In this document: one piece after another, positions 54,501 to 62,564 of the stretch
Numbering within the stretch: the stretch's first letter is position 1
Layout of the letters: each line of letters opens with the position of its first letter
Sequence record: ON529851.1
Strand: one strand, 5' to 3'
DNA: 64,000 nucleotides
The notes under the pieces: generated by a model
Database searches by the model: none
What the model saw: the letters and a program-made list of their open reading frames with translations, nothing else
What the model was told of the DNA's origin: nothing
Position numbers and translations under genes: made by a program

Positions 54501-55887
54501 CAACTTGCAGAGTTTGAGTGACCGAGCGGAAGATCGCGGACGATTCCTTGGCGCTCATGCCCGCCGCACCCGACGAGATCGTGAAGCGGCCGAACGGCTC
54601 GGCGACCTGGTTCAGCGCCAGGCCCATGTCGAAGACGGTGCCGATGAACTCCTGCGTCGCCTGCTTGGAGCCTTCCGCCGACTTGGTGGAGAAGAGCATC
54701 GCCTTCTCCAGCTTCTGGAGTTCGATGCTGGCGTCGTAGACGCCCTTGATCATCCCGCCGATGGTGAAGGCGCCGAAGGCGTGGGTGAACAGGGTGGAGG
54801 CCTGGTAGGCGAGGTCGAACCGGTGGTTCAGGCCGCGCAGGCGCTCTCCCAGGGTGTAGGAGGATTTGCCGGCCTTCTCGGCCTGGGCCGAATAGGCGTC
54901 GAGCGAGCCGCCGGCCTTGCCGGCGCCCGAGGCGGTGCTGTTCAGTCCCGGACCATGGTCTCCGCCGCCGCCGCCCGCAGCCGCACCGGCCCCGCGACGC
55001 CGTCCGCCGCCGCCCAGGTTGAACCGACCGCCAGGCATGGCGGACAACGCCGACGCCGCGCGCGTCGCGGACGCCGCGATCAGGTCGAGGTCGTGCGCCA
55101 CCGCGCGTGCGTTGGGGATGGGCTTGGCCGAGGCCAGCACCCGGAACATCTTGTCGAGACGGTCGATCGAGCCCTTGCCCGGCGCCTTGAAGCCTTCCAT
55201 GGCGCGACCGAACTCCATCAGGGAGCGGGCGGTGGCGGGATCGAACTTCAGGCGCTGCGAGCGCGCGGCGACCTCAATGAAGTCGACCCAGGACTTCAGC
55301 TTGGACTGGCTGATGGCGCGGGTCTTGGCCGCGTTGTCCATCGCCTGGGCGAACATGTTGAAGCCCACCATAGCAGCGGCGCCGCCGCCGCGCAGTTGCG
55401 CAGCGCGGGCGCCGACTTCGATGAACTTGACCCAGGAGGCCAGCTTGGAAGAGGAGATGTCGCGGGTCTTGGCGGCGCGATCCATCACGCCGATGAAGGA
55501 GTTCATGGCGGCGACCGCGCCGCCGTCCATCTTCAGGCGCGAGGTCTGGGCGCCGATCTGGATGAACTTGGACCAGGAATCGATCTTGGACTTTTCGATT
55601 TCCTTGGTGCGCGCCACAGCGTTCATCACGCGCGCGAACTCGGCGACGGCCTTGGTGCCGTCGGAGTTGATCTTGATCTTGTTGATCGCCGCAGCGACCT
55701 GGGCGAACCGCTCCATGTTCGCCATGGAGCCCTTGATCGCCCGGTCGGCGCCGGCCATGCCTTGCGACAGGCCGGTCGCCATCCGGTTTGCAGCCGCTCC
55801 CGTTTCGTCGAGCGCACGCGCCAGGGCGTGCAGGTCGGCCTGAGCCGAACCCGAATCGATTTTTACGTTAAGCGGTTGAGTATCCAT
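48589..55887 (-). CDS. Tape measure protein (2432 aa) with an internal lytic transglycosylase (SLT) domain
   Basis: Tape-measure motif QMIQKGKVSSEEF; SLT motifs MARLIQAESSW, VGLGQFT, YLAHFLG; C-terminal AIVHPNEAIIP. Confidence 0.93.
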   Translation of the reverse strand: MDTQPLNVKIDSGSAQADLHALARALDETGAAANRMATGLSQGMAGADRAIKGSMANMERFAQVAAAINKIKINSDGTKAVAEFARVMNAVARTKEIEKSKIDSWSKFIQIGAQTSRLKMDGGAVAAMNSFIGVMDRAAKTRDISSSKLASWVKFIEVGARAAQLRGGGAAAMVGFNMFAQAMDNAAKTRAISQSKLKSWVDFIEVAARSQRLKFDPATARSLMEFGRAMEGFKAPGKGSIDRLDKMFRVLASAKPIPNARAVAHDLDLIAASATRAASALSAMPGGRFNLGGGGRRRGAGAAAGGGGGDHGPGLNSTASGAGKAGGSLDAYSAQAEKAGKSSYTLGERLRGLNHRFDLAYQASTLFTHAFGAFTIGGMIKGVYDASIELQKLEKAMLFSTKSAEGSKQATQEFIGTVFDMGLALNQVAEPFGRFTISSGAAGMSAKESSAIFRSVTQTLQVVGASAEQTGYAMYGLTQMIQKGKVSSEEFSRQIGEQIPGNAEAGRRALQRMKGEAVSTAQFFKEMSLGKIMSPEFTKLWAEELNTMFGGLMGLVKDRPDVALNRLKTAFTVFQQEIGKSGFIAELGVQFSRLAEMFGTTENGIFKLKPKFQALAQQLGQNLAAMVRKAADAAAWLAENFDKVLFAGKALATMFVAKTFLSWGQSAMTAVGSITQLTKAITGLAIAKKAVEGSDIAGDLIPAARGRIKVNGPALAADAALSGATMVDIQNWRNARGHAPGAGRLAQMNAAPPVPPMSGFGRRARFSNIQRPMGATAEVLSMRNAGLATQTARTPLMSTLGAGAMTAARAAPSVAMGALKSGAMALGVTFGALGIAAVGVGAALTILSDKTTKLGNNTVKFGDIMMGWLSGVSDKIGTWFQDLFGRMLGTKGPQESLDAMGMAFQTTTVLLSYLGEVLGDTIGVLVHLGVAAYKVATGDVAGAKAEMGAMSKDWADNGPDSIQKRMTDGITATLTAANKRRESERGNEAAEERLREATRQLQAQKAADDQLRAANMQLEAANKLKDNFKVPTVNSVMERINALADGSFDKANPSLTAEQRTARNIETARAATASTAPAAAPTAAAAGSRQTYTQVIGGKRLTAGSQEDLAKAIFDHYQAAGPNALAPTFGTRTQAPGVPAPARPGSANALLQNPLVRGGLRVAGALNPALGLATNMIAPQSSTPLNQETRAAWNRDYAAFTASQTVAKTQEYAAQRASLGGVNVPTQYRAAMNASATKNGVDPAVMARLIQAESSWDKNIAGTGGDAVGLGQFTLGTWNRVMKDGPQVTSRTMGAADPRRDANLNMEATARYMAENQAALRDVLKRDANAGEQYLAHFLGTSGAKNMLTKYAEDPTQTVAQARVGNQDQYNKNPVFKNGTATLQDLYNWGQGKVGQRGQGFDTSDVTGVAAAASDDIEKAQNKHLNTWKAMQSILALPDPASQANATFDAMLEKLNDIAKADEDLRKENGPDAALVTSPIRDQIADAIARQAKQLQDAMNPVAKANRLARETNDLTLMTLRGMGKEAEWQDRINELKEQGYPIELMQDEAKWAEHVNGLRLTGKDIQVESLNTARQQWEMERDRTKALEAQVRLMDTLNEAQMRVGKVSGAVSNRDTYLNDLINQSVQGGTFDQKRAQVEANPALMTALSRTADVQAMSDQAETLRSIIVGLSDGIDSATDKTMRGYRASYRDILRDLTNMPNATLAQLEAAEPVMAKLAKTLAEARHTIENPPGFAAWVDGLEPFAQRMESIKGAFMEGLSDGITDELMGEDVDWQAMFKNIRRQIVKATVDDALSGLLGVMGVKKPGSEAQAGLEAATAQYNAAVAMIDKTKADAQSDLAAQQALLDAQKNQQEAVNAEVKALTDAANALTTIAAYFDPDGAISRILKSTSESTLTTAAGVRNGTIQPGQLKSPAAAAAAPAPAGPLDYVQGLMDRTMTTLGLKAPSLGGEVMDPMASVSLSPLPSLGRLMTAPTVQSTLPAAPDNVGRNRDTTSIFRKALNLFGGEASPTSERTSRFNTAGAAATAPAPGPVALAADALSAGSGADASGQALQSAAGALMSVSGGFNGVIAQFQMAIEQFNQATVALTEAAAALAGSGGSGGGMPSIPGLGGGDATSGFTFEGKSFAPDLTGLYADGGYVSGRGGPRSDDINARLSNGEFVINAAATSQNRALLEAINNGKAYANGGLVDGLPGFAGGGKFTMPTMSNVFGRGKNGKADSPLSFVGEMFGKGRTMEERGAGFMQGAALISTLADLFKKKKTPEKDPEAVKGVIGEHRGVTVDATAIAAHSNPIADVINFGANMLTGGTWGKVGTYMEMASGVMKQFADGGYVTNAGMDWGKAPHYDVGTANTSNGGMPAIVHPNEAIIPLPNGRSVPVDMGNVQTGGGANVTSNITVIAPNPDAFRKSQGSIQRQQNRDLKRASTRNLS

Positions 55888-55908
55888 TGGCCCTAAGGGG
55901 GATCACCC

Positions 55909-56331
55909 CTAGTGAGGGTTACCCAAAGCGTTGGTGCGCTGTTTAGAAGGAGGGGGCTTGTTGCCGTGTTTCTGCGCTTCCTTTTCTTGGGAATCCTTGA
56001 CGAAGCCCATATACTTCTCGTCGAGACGTTCGACGTAGAAGAGGAAATCTTGAGACTGCTCGTAGCTGAACCGCCGCAGACGGCAGTAGGCTTCGACTTC
56101 AGTGATCGGGATGCGCTGTGGGCCGGAGAAGCCAATGGGACGCACGTTCGAGAGCCGCCAGAAGCCGTCCATTGCCCAGCGAAGGTCGTCGTAGACCGGA
56201 ACCGGGGGAGGACCCTCGGGCTCAAGGGGAGGGAGCCCCTTGAGCGCGCGAGCCTCGTTTTTGAACGCCAGGGCCTTGAGGTCCTGGGGGGTGGACTTCA
56301 GCGTGCTTTCGAGCGCGCTTAGGAGTTTCCC
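55909..56331 (-). CDS. Tail assembly chaperone frameshift extension (gpT-like), read in the -1 frame
   Basis: The -1 frame is open from the slippery site through PVYDDLRWAMDGFWRLSNVRPIG..IPITEVEAY to the stop at 55909. Confidence 0.85.
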   Translation of the reverse strand, partial: GKLLSALESTLKSTPQDLKALAFKNEARALKGLPPLEPEGPPPVPVYDDLRWAMDGFWRLSNVRPIGFSGPQRIPITEVEAYCRLRRFSYEQSQDFLFYVERLDEKYMGFVKDSQEKEAQKHGNKPPPSKQRTNALGNPH

Positions 56332-56735
56332 ACCCCGCCCTCGCGGGCCTCGTCCTTGAAGTTCTGCGCTTCGAGCGAGAACTGGATGACGAAGTTCGCC
56401 ATCTTGGGCAGGGCCTTCAGGATGGCGTAGGCTTCGTCGGCGGTGTACGGAACGATGTCGCCAGCGGCGTTTTTCACGTTCTTCCAGTCGGCGATGACAG
56501 CGCCGGCCAGGACCCGCAGGCCGATTTCTTCGTTCTTGTCTTCGGGAATCTTGGAGCCGACGCGCACCAGTTGCGCGTAGGGCTTCATCAGGTCGTCGCG
56601 CAGGTCCGAAACGACCTTGGCGCCGAAGGCCCGAATCTTGAAGGCGGTGCCGGAGCCGAGTTCGACCCAGCGGCCGTGCTCTTCGCTTTCCTTGTTGGAG
56701 GCGAAGATGTCGAAGAGGTTCAGAGCGTCGCTCAT
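56319..56735 (-). CDS. Tail assembly chaperone (gpG-like)
   Basis: Lies between the tail tube and tape measure genes; GAVIADWKNV; ends in G GGA AAC TCC TAA. Confidence 0.85.
   Translation of the reverse strand: MSDALNLFDIFASNKESEEHGRWVELGSGTAFKIRAFGAKVVSDLRDDLMKPYAQLVRVGSKIPEDKNEEIGLRVLAGAVIADWKNVKNAAGDIVPYTADEAYAILKALPKMANFVIQFSLEAQNFKDEAREGGVGNS
56325..56331 (-). other. Programmed -1 frameshift heptamer GGGAAAC
   Basis: X XXY YYZ in the correct phase; frame continuity checked by hand. Confidence 0.88.
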
Positions 56736-56944
56736 GAGGTTTTCCTTAAAGTCAGGGAGAGGAAAAAGAGGGGGCGCGTCCCTGGGGTACAGCGGGCAGC
56801 CGGGACGCGAAGCTGGCCGTGATCTTGTTCGAGCACCCTCGGGGAAGGGTGGGCGGTGCTGGCCCCGACTCCTGCACCGCCCTGCTCACGCGTGAGACTT
56901 TCGATGCCCGAAGGCGATCTCTGGTCTATCGGGGAAAGAGGGGA

Positions 56945-56973
56945 GAGTCACGTCAGCCAGGCTAACGTGACTC
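56945..56973. repeat. Dyad/hairpin GAGTCACG-N13-CGTGACTC
   Basis: Lies just after the tail tube stop. Confidence 0.65.
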
Positions 56974-56979
56974 CGTAGA

Positions 56980-58815
56980 TTAAGCCGTGGTCGCCAGGAT
57001 CGACGAGTAGCGGTCGATCTGGATTTCGCAGCCCGTGACGGCGTCGCGCTTGGCGCCGAACTCCATGTTCTCCATGACGTCCTGGTTGCCGCCGGGCGGG
57101 TTCACGGTGTCGGTGGTGAAGTTCGCCGCCGGGACCGTGTATTCGTAGTGGTTGCCCAGAACGTCTTCGATCGAGAACTCGATCGACACGGTGCGGTGTT
57201 CGATGAACTTGTCCCACAGCGAGCCGTCGGCGAAGTAGGCCACCAGGTTGCCGGTGATTTCCATGCGGCCCGCGCCGATGCCGGCGGGGAACTTGTAGGA
57301 AACCGCGTTCTGGTCACGCAGGTTGTTGTTGCCGTTCATCGTGATCGACTGGATCGCGGTGGACAGTTCTTCACCGTTGATGATGATGGCGCCGACGTTG
57401 ACGGTCGCGTTGGCGACCGGGGTCGAGGTCGTCTCCAGGACGGTGTAGGGCGCCGCGCCCAGCTTGGTGGTGCCCTGACGCTTGGTCTGGCGGCCGTTGA
57501 AGCCGAACGATCCGGTCAGGATCGAGTTCGAGGCGATGTTGTAGCTGAAGGTGCCGACGCGCAGGCCGTCGGTGATCCAGTATTGGTCGACGTCTTCGAA
57601 GCCGGTCTCGATGGTGAACGACTGCGGCGTGATCTCGTCGGCGTCCGACGGGTTACGCAGCATCGAGCCCTTGATCGTGACCTTCAGTTCGCCGGCGTTG
57701 TCGAAGGTGTCAGGCGACGGCGTGACCGTGATCTTGTCGTCGGTCATGGTGTCGACCTTGAACACGCCGTGCAGGGTGGCGTTGCCGCCCGCGAAGTCGA
57801 CGACCGCGATGGCGTTGCCCGAGTCCAGGGTCTCCAGCATCTGACCGCCGGTGCGCAGCAGGTTCTTGACGGTCACGACGCCCAGGGCGGCCGTGGCCGA
57901 GACTTGCAGTTCGCCGCGCACGCGCTTGGCGTTCAGTTCGGCCGCGAACTTGGCGGCCTGTTCGGTGACGTCAGCGCCGAGGTCGACGCCTTCAGCCGAA
58001 GGCGGAACCGAACCGCCGAACTGGAAGACCAGGGTCTTGTCGCCGTCCGAGACGGTGACGCGCGAACCCACGGCGGGAACCGCCGAGAAGGTGATGGTGC
58101 CGGTCTCGATGCCCAGGCCGTCGATGAACAGCTTCTGGCCGACGTGCAGTTGGCCCGCCGCAATGGCGCCGGCGAAGGCGTTGGTGCCGTTCGAATCAAA
58201 GGCCGATTCACCGGCGGTGCCCGCACGAATGTCGGTGTTGTTCAGCACGATGACGTCGTTGGCGTCGATCATCGCGGTGTAGGCGGAGCCGTTTTCGGCT
58301 TCGCCGGTCGTTTCAGCGACCGTGATCTCGGTGCGGTTGGCGCCGGCGTTCCAGGTGATCGAATCGATCTGCCAGTAGGCGTTGTTCGCCGACTTCAGGA
58401 AGCCCGAAGTCTTGATGCGGCGGCCCGTGAAGAAGTAGTTGGTGACGTCCACGCCCTTGACGTGCAGGACCGAGGCCGAGGCCCAGGCCAGGGCGGTGCC
58501 CTTGACCGAGTCGAAGGTCATCGGACGCGTCCAGGCGCCGTAGACGAACGCTTCCATCAGGTCGTCATGCGAGCCGGCCGAATATTCGATGTTGATTTCA
58601 CCGGCCGAGCGGGCGCCCGTTTCGATGTAGTCAGCCACCATGCGGTCAGCCCGGATTTCTTCCGAGGTCGCGGTTTCTTTGTTGGCGTTGATGGTCGAGC
58701 CGGTGTAGCGCACTTCACGAGTGCGGCCGGCAGCGGGAGTGGTGCCCCAGGCGTTGTCGTCTTCCTTCAGCATGCGAAGACGGGCGCGGTTGGAGTCAGC
58801 GAAGATTTGGACCAT
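56980..58815 (-). CDS. Major tail tube protein (611 aa)
   Basis: MVQIFADSNRARLR, SEEIRADR, SAGEINIEYS, GRMEITGNLVAYF; promoter TTGACA-N17-TAGGGT at 58915-58887. Confidence 0.85.
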   Translation of the reverse strand: MVQIFADSNRARLRMLKEDDNAWGTTPAAGRTREVRYTGSTINANKETATSEEIRADRMVADYIETGARSAGEINIEYSAGSHDDLMEAFVYGAWTRPMTFDSVKGTALAWASASVLHVKGVDVTNYFFTGRRIKTSGFLKSANNAYWQIDSITWNAGANRTEITVAETTGEAENGSAYTAMIDANDVIVLNNTDIRAGTAGESAFDSNGTNAFAGAIAAGQLHVGQKLFIDGLGIETGTITFSAVPAVGSRVTVSDGDKTLVFQFGGSVPPSAEGVDLGADVTEQAAKFAAELNAKRVRGELQVSATAALGVVTVKNLLRTGGQMLETLDSGNAIAVVDFAGGNATLHGVFKVDTMTDDKITVTPSPDTFDNAGELKVTIKGSMLRNPSDADEITPQSFTIETGFEDVDQYWITDGLRVGTFSYNIASNSILTGSFGFNGRQTKRQGTTKLGAAPYTVLETTSTPVANATVNVGAIIINGEELSTAIQSITMNGNNNLRDQNAVSYKFPAGIGAGRMEITGNLVAYFADGSLWDKFIEHRTVSIEFSIEDVLGNHYEYTVPAANFTTDTVNPPGGNQDVMENMEFGAKRDAVTGCEIQIDRYSSILATTA

Positions 58816-58954
58816 AGGTCGAACGGTTCCACGAGGTTGGAGACAGGCGGGCAGCGACCGCCCCGGTCTACGCCTCGAATGCACGGACCCTACTCGAAAA
58901 GACCCTCAATGTCAAGATTTCAGGCATTGACTGCCGCGTTTCGCGGCAGTAGGC

Positions 58955-59434
58955 TTAGTCGCGGAAGCCGCTCGCCTTCGGATCGCGGTGGTAGAAGTGG
59001 AACGTCCCGTCGCAGATGATCTGGAAGTAGCCGTTCTTGGCCCCCGTGAACGGGGTCTTCACGTTCGACACCAGCAGCTTCAGATGCCCGTCCGGCGCCA
59101 CTTCCTTTTCGCGCCGGTTCATCTCGCGTCGGATGGCGTCAGCGACCGTGATTCCGGGGCCGGACCCGATCGCCTCGGGCACCATGATGTCGAACTGATA
59201 GATGCCCACGGTCATTTCGAAACCGCGTCGGCCGCCGAGTTCCGCCTGGCGAGACCCGCCGGTGCGGAACCAGAAGGAGGCGTAGATCGCCGCCTTCTCG
59301 CTGCCCTTCTTCACCGCCGGCTTGGTGAAAGGCTCGTTCATCAACTCCACGCGCGTGCCGTCGAGGCCGCCTTTGAGGGCGGCCTGGAGGGCGGCTTTAT
59401 CGAGCACGCGGCGCAGGCTGTTGAAGACGTCCAT
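58955..59434 (-). CDS. Probable tail terminator
   Basis: Immediately upstream of the tail tube gene; GIYQFDIMVPEAIGSG pattern. Confidence 0.65.
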   Translation of the reverse strand: MDVFNSLRRVLDKAALQAALKGGLDGTRVELMNEPFTKPAVKKGSEKAAIYASFWFRTGGSRQAELGGRRGFEMTVGIYQFDIMVPEAIGSGPGITVADAIRREMNRREKEVAPDGHLKLLVSNVKTPFTGAKNGYFQIICDGTFHFYHRDPKASGFRD

Positions 59435-59463
59435 GAAGAGTTCCTTGGCTGCAAGTTCCGGGC

Positions 59464-59955
59464 CTAGAAGACCCCGGCTTGCACCTCCGCGATCGCCAGT
59501 CGCACAATGCCCTTCTTCGAGCGGGACAGTTCCGGGGTCGGCAGTTGGCCGTACTCCAGCCCGACGGCGCTGTCGGAGGTGTTGGTGAGATAGATGTCGA
59601 CCGGGGTCTTGGCCTTCAACGCCGCCGCCAGCGAGCGCCGGGGGCGCTGTTCGTTGACCTTACGGCGGGGCTCGTCGCCCAGAGCCATGGAGTTGGTCGG
59701 CCCCGGATCAATGCCGGCGCCGCGCGGCGCTTCATGGGCGGTGTCCGGGCGCAGGGTCGACCAGCGCCAGTTCAGGATCGTGTCGCCTTCCCAGACCGGG
59801 GTGTTCGCCAGGATGCGCTCATTCAGCGCCACCAGGATGGCGTCCGCCTTGCGATCGTAGGTGGTCTCGACGTGGTCGAAGAACTTCTCGAACGTGTGGG
59901 CGAAGGGATTGTTGACCTGGACCCCGACCTTGGTCCCGCTACGGGAAAAGGCCAC
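59464..59955 (-). CDS. Probable neck/tail-completion protein (HK97 gp10-like)
   Basis: ILANTPVWEG...WRWS; gene order. Confidence 0.6.
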   Translation of the reverse strand: MAFSRSGTKVGVQVNNPFAHTFEKFFDHVETTYDRKADAILVALNERILANTPVWEGDTILNWRWSTLRPDTAHEAPRGAGIDPGPTNSMALGDEPRRKVNEQRPRRSLAAALKAKTPVDIYLTNTSDSAVGLEYGQLPTPELSRSKKGIVRLAIAEVQAGVF

Positions 59956-60330
59956 CTAGCTGGCCCGGCATTGCAGCTTCGCCAGCAGCGAAGCCGGATC
60001 GGTCAAAACCCGAATGATCTGCCACTTCAGGCCTTCGTCATCGGTCAGGATGTCGGTGTCCTTGGGGAAGACGCCCAGTTCGTCCATGGGGAAGAGGACC
60101 TTGGTGTCGGTCACCACGATCAGAGGGTCGGCCTCTTTCTCCTTCGACGAGAAGGAGGTGAAGACGACCAGGTTCAGGGTCTTGTCGGCATAGCCCTGGG
60201 TCACCTCTCCGGTGTCCAGGTCGCGCGTGGGCGCGGCGCCGGCGATGTGATAGGTCGCCTTGCGCGGGACGTCGTCCAGCGCCAGGAAAGCTTGCCGCAC
60301 GGCGCGGCGAAGGGTCGCCTTCAACGCCAT
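59956..60330 (-). CDS. Probable head-closure protein
   Basis: Size and position in the neck module. Confidence 0.55.
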   Translation of the reverse strand: MALKATLRRAVRQAFLALDDVPRKATYHIAGAAPTRDLDTGEVTQGYADKTLNLVVFTSFSSKEKEADPLIVVTDTKVLFPMDELGVFPKDTDILTDDEGLKWQIIRVLTDPASLLAKLQCRAS

Positions 60331-60335
60331 GGCGG

Positions 60336-60866
60336 TTAGGTCCGGACGATGCGCTTGAAGCCGGGACGACGGCCGGTCTTGGCGGCGCCCAGGTCCTCCA
60401 GCATCGCCAGCAGGAACTCCGGCATGACGCCCTCGCGTTCACCGCTGTCCTTGAACTTGACCTGGATGACGTCGACCTTGATCTCGCTGAACTCGCCCGA
60501 ACCGCCGTCGGCGTTGGCGCGGGTCCAGTCGGACGTCATCAGATAGGCGGCGAACTCCGCCGTCGCCTCTTTCAGAAGGCGGGGGATCACGTTGTCCGGG
60601 ATCATCACGCCGTCCAGGGTGACGCCGGCGCGCGGCCAGGCCAGACCGGAGTCCGGCTCGACGCGCGTGCCGTGCCATTTGAAACGGATGTCCAGCACCT
60701 TGGAGGCGCGGACGAGGAGGCGCTGCTTGTCCTCCTCCTCCTGATCGAGCCAATCGGCCGAGATGTGACCGTTCGCCTCGATATAGTCGTCGGCGAATTC
60801 AACCGTGCAGTAGGAGTTGGCCTGGGGGTCGCCGAGACCGTCCTCGACCACAAAGTTGAATGCCAT
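60336..60866 (-). CDS. Probable head-tail adaptor (DnaT_2-like)
   Basis: FVVEDG.G...ANSY, GLAWPRAGV, IKVDVIQVKF. Confidence 0.7.
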   Translation of the reverse strand: MAFNFVVEDGLGDPQANSYCTVEFADDYIEANGHISADWLDQEEEDKQRLLVRASKVLDIRFKWHGTRVEPDSGLAWPRAGVTLDGVMIPDNVIPRLLKEATAEFAAYLMTSDWTRANADGGSGEFSEIKVDVIQVKFKDSGEREGVMPEFLLAMLEDLGAAKTGRRPGFKRIVRT

Positions 60867-60887
60867 TCTGGGAAAGTGCTCCGAACA

Positions 60888-60916
60888 GAGTCACGCTTCG
60901 TAGGGAAACGTGACTC
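60888..60916. repeat. Dyad/hairpin GAGTCACG-N13-CGTGACTC
   Basis: Lies just after the phoH stop. Confidence 0.65.
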
Positions 60917-60917
60917 C

Positions 60918-61709
60918 TTAACGCGGCGCAGAGTGCACGAAATCGGGCAAACTGTCAAGGTTTCCGTGGCCCGCCTGGGCCGCCTGAGCGGCCTTGCGCA
61001 CGCGGTTGCGATGCGAGATGGCCTTGACCCACTTCTTCGCCATCTCCGAGCGGACGACGTCGTCCTCGGTGAACTCGACGATGTCCATGATCTCCCAGTC
61101 GTCGGAGATGTTGACGATCTCTTCCAGGCCGGAGTTGTGGATGTCGATCTGCGAGTGGTCGCCGGCGACAACGACCTGGGTGCCGTTGCCCGTGCGGGTC
61201 AGCAGCAGGTAGAGGTCGTCGAACTCGGCGTTCTGGGCTTCGTCCAGGATGACGCAGGCGTTGTCGAAGGTGCGGCCGCGCATGTATTCGAACGGCACGA
61301 TCTCGAACTTGCCCTCCGACTTCCACATCTCCAGTTGGGTCTTGGAGACCTCGGCGCGGATGCCTTCGATGACCGGCGTCAGCCAGGGGGCCATCTTGGC
61401 TTCGATGTTGCCGGGCAGGAACCCGATCTGGTGACCCTTCTTGGAGGCGGTCACCCGGCTGATGATGATCTTCTCGATGTCGCCTTTGAGCATGCGCTGG
61501 GCGGCGATCCGGGCGGCCAGGTAGGTCTTGCCGGTGCCCGCCGGCCCGATGGCGAAGACCGAATCGCCCTCCTTCAGCACTTCCAGGTAGTCCGCCTGGT
61601 TCTCGGTCTTGGCGACCAACGGCTTGGCCGTGTGCTTGGTCTGCTTGGCGGAGCGTTCGGCGCGGCGGGCCGCGCGTGCTTGAGCCTTGGTGAGGGGCCG
61701 TTCGTGCAT
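60918..61709 (-). CDS. phoH: PhoH-like ATPase
   Basis: GPAGTGKTYLA, IGFLPG, YMRGRTF, ILDEAQN, GDHSQID, DVVRS. The ORF-track TTG start coincides with a TTGACT box, so ATG 61709 is preferred. Confidence 0.93.
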   Translation of the reverse strand: MHERPLTKAQARAARRAERSAKQTKHTAKPLVAKTENQADYLEVLKEGDSVFAIGPAGTGKTYLAARIAAQRMLKGDIEKIIISRVTASKKGHQIGFLPGNIEAKMAPWLTPVIEGIRAEVSKTQLEMWKSEGKFEIVPFEYMRGRTFDNACVILDEAQNAEFDDLYLLLTRTGNGTQVVVAGDHSQIDIHNSGLEEIVNISDDWEIMDIVEFTEDDVVRSEMAKKWVKAISHRNRVRKAAQAAQAGHGNLDSLPDFVHSAPR

Positions 61710-61769
61710 CGGTTCGAACGGGGAGTAGGCGGGTTCAGTCAAGCAACTGTCCTGGGCTATGGCTGGTGA

Positions 61770-62021
61770 TCAGCCGGGTGTGGCCTCCAGACGGATCGCG
61801 CTGGCGGCCTGACAGTGGAGGAGGTTGGAGCGGAAATGCTCCACCAGGTCTCCGAGGATCGCCATGCTTTCAGGAGTGAGGTCCTCCAGGAGCATGTCGT
61901 TCATCGCGGCGGCGCCGCGAATCATGTCCATGTGTCGAGACGCGATGTCCACGCTGGGCGACTCCACCGTCTGAACGAATGCCGCCACGGGCGGGAACGA
62001 AGGAGCGAGTGCGGCGTTCAT
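61770..62021 (-). CDS. Hypothetical protein (83 aa)
   Basis: ORF track. Confidence 0.55.
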   Translation of the reverse strand: MNAALAPSFPPVAAFVQTVESPSVDIASRHMDMIRGAAAMNDMLLEDLTPESMAILGDLVEHFRSNLLHCQAASAIRLEATPG

Positions 62022-62123
62022 CGGGGTTCCCTCAGAGGAAGTGCTTAACTGAGAGGAACCTAACCCGACCTTAGGGGAAGGCGCAAGGACGGTCTGGGAA
62101 CATTCCCCTACCGCGTGAGTGGT

Positions 62124-62564
62124 TTAGCCTGCTCCCGTAACCATGGTTACAATGGCGCCGACGACCGCCGCCAGCAGGGCCGAGCCCCCGGCGGTCAGCG
62201 GACCGATGATGATTTCCATTCGCGTCAGGCGCTTTTCCAACGCCAGCTTGTCGGCGGTGAACTCGCGCTCAAGCCGATCCAGTTCATCGGCCGCCTCTTT
62301 TTCGACGCGGGCGGTTTCCTGGGCGGCGGCCTTGAGGTCGCGTTCCAGGCTGGCGATCTTCTGCGGCTGATCCTGGGCTTCGATGCGCGTCAGGCGGTCG
62401 CGCACATCCTTCATGTCTTCCCGGAAGCCGTCGAAACGGGTGTCGACCTTGTCGACAAGCCGATCCATCTTGTCGTTCAGCGTCGTGAAGAGACGATCAA
62501 CGGCGTCGCGGAAGCGATCCTCGGGGGTCATGCCCACCGCCGGAATGGGACTGTTACCGGCCAT
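62124..62564 (-). CDS. Coiled-coil protein with a C-terminal TM anchor
   Basis: Heptad-like body, then IIIGPLTAGGSALLAAVVGAIVTMV. Confidence 0.7.
   Translation of the reverse strand: MAGNSPIPAVGMTPEDRFRDAVDRLFTTLNDKMDRLVDKVDTRFDGFREDMKDVRDRLTRIEAQDQPQKIASLERDLKAAAQETARVEKEAADELDRLEREFTADKLALEKRLTRMEIIIGPLTAGGSALLAAVVGAIVTMVTGAG

Noticed and set aside
49642-55896. 2084-aa plus-strand ORF, and similar long plus-strand ORFs (11926-14484, 32778-36431, 36982-40176, 41904-44081, 44363-46702)
   Set aside because: Antisense shadows of real minus-strand genes caused by high-GC codon bias; no recognisable motifs.
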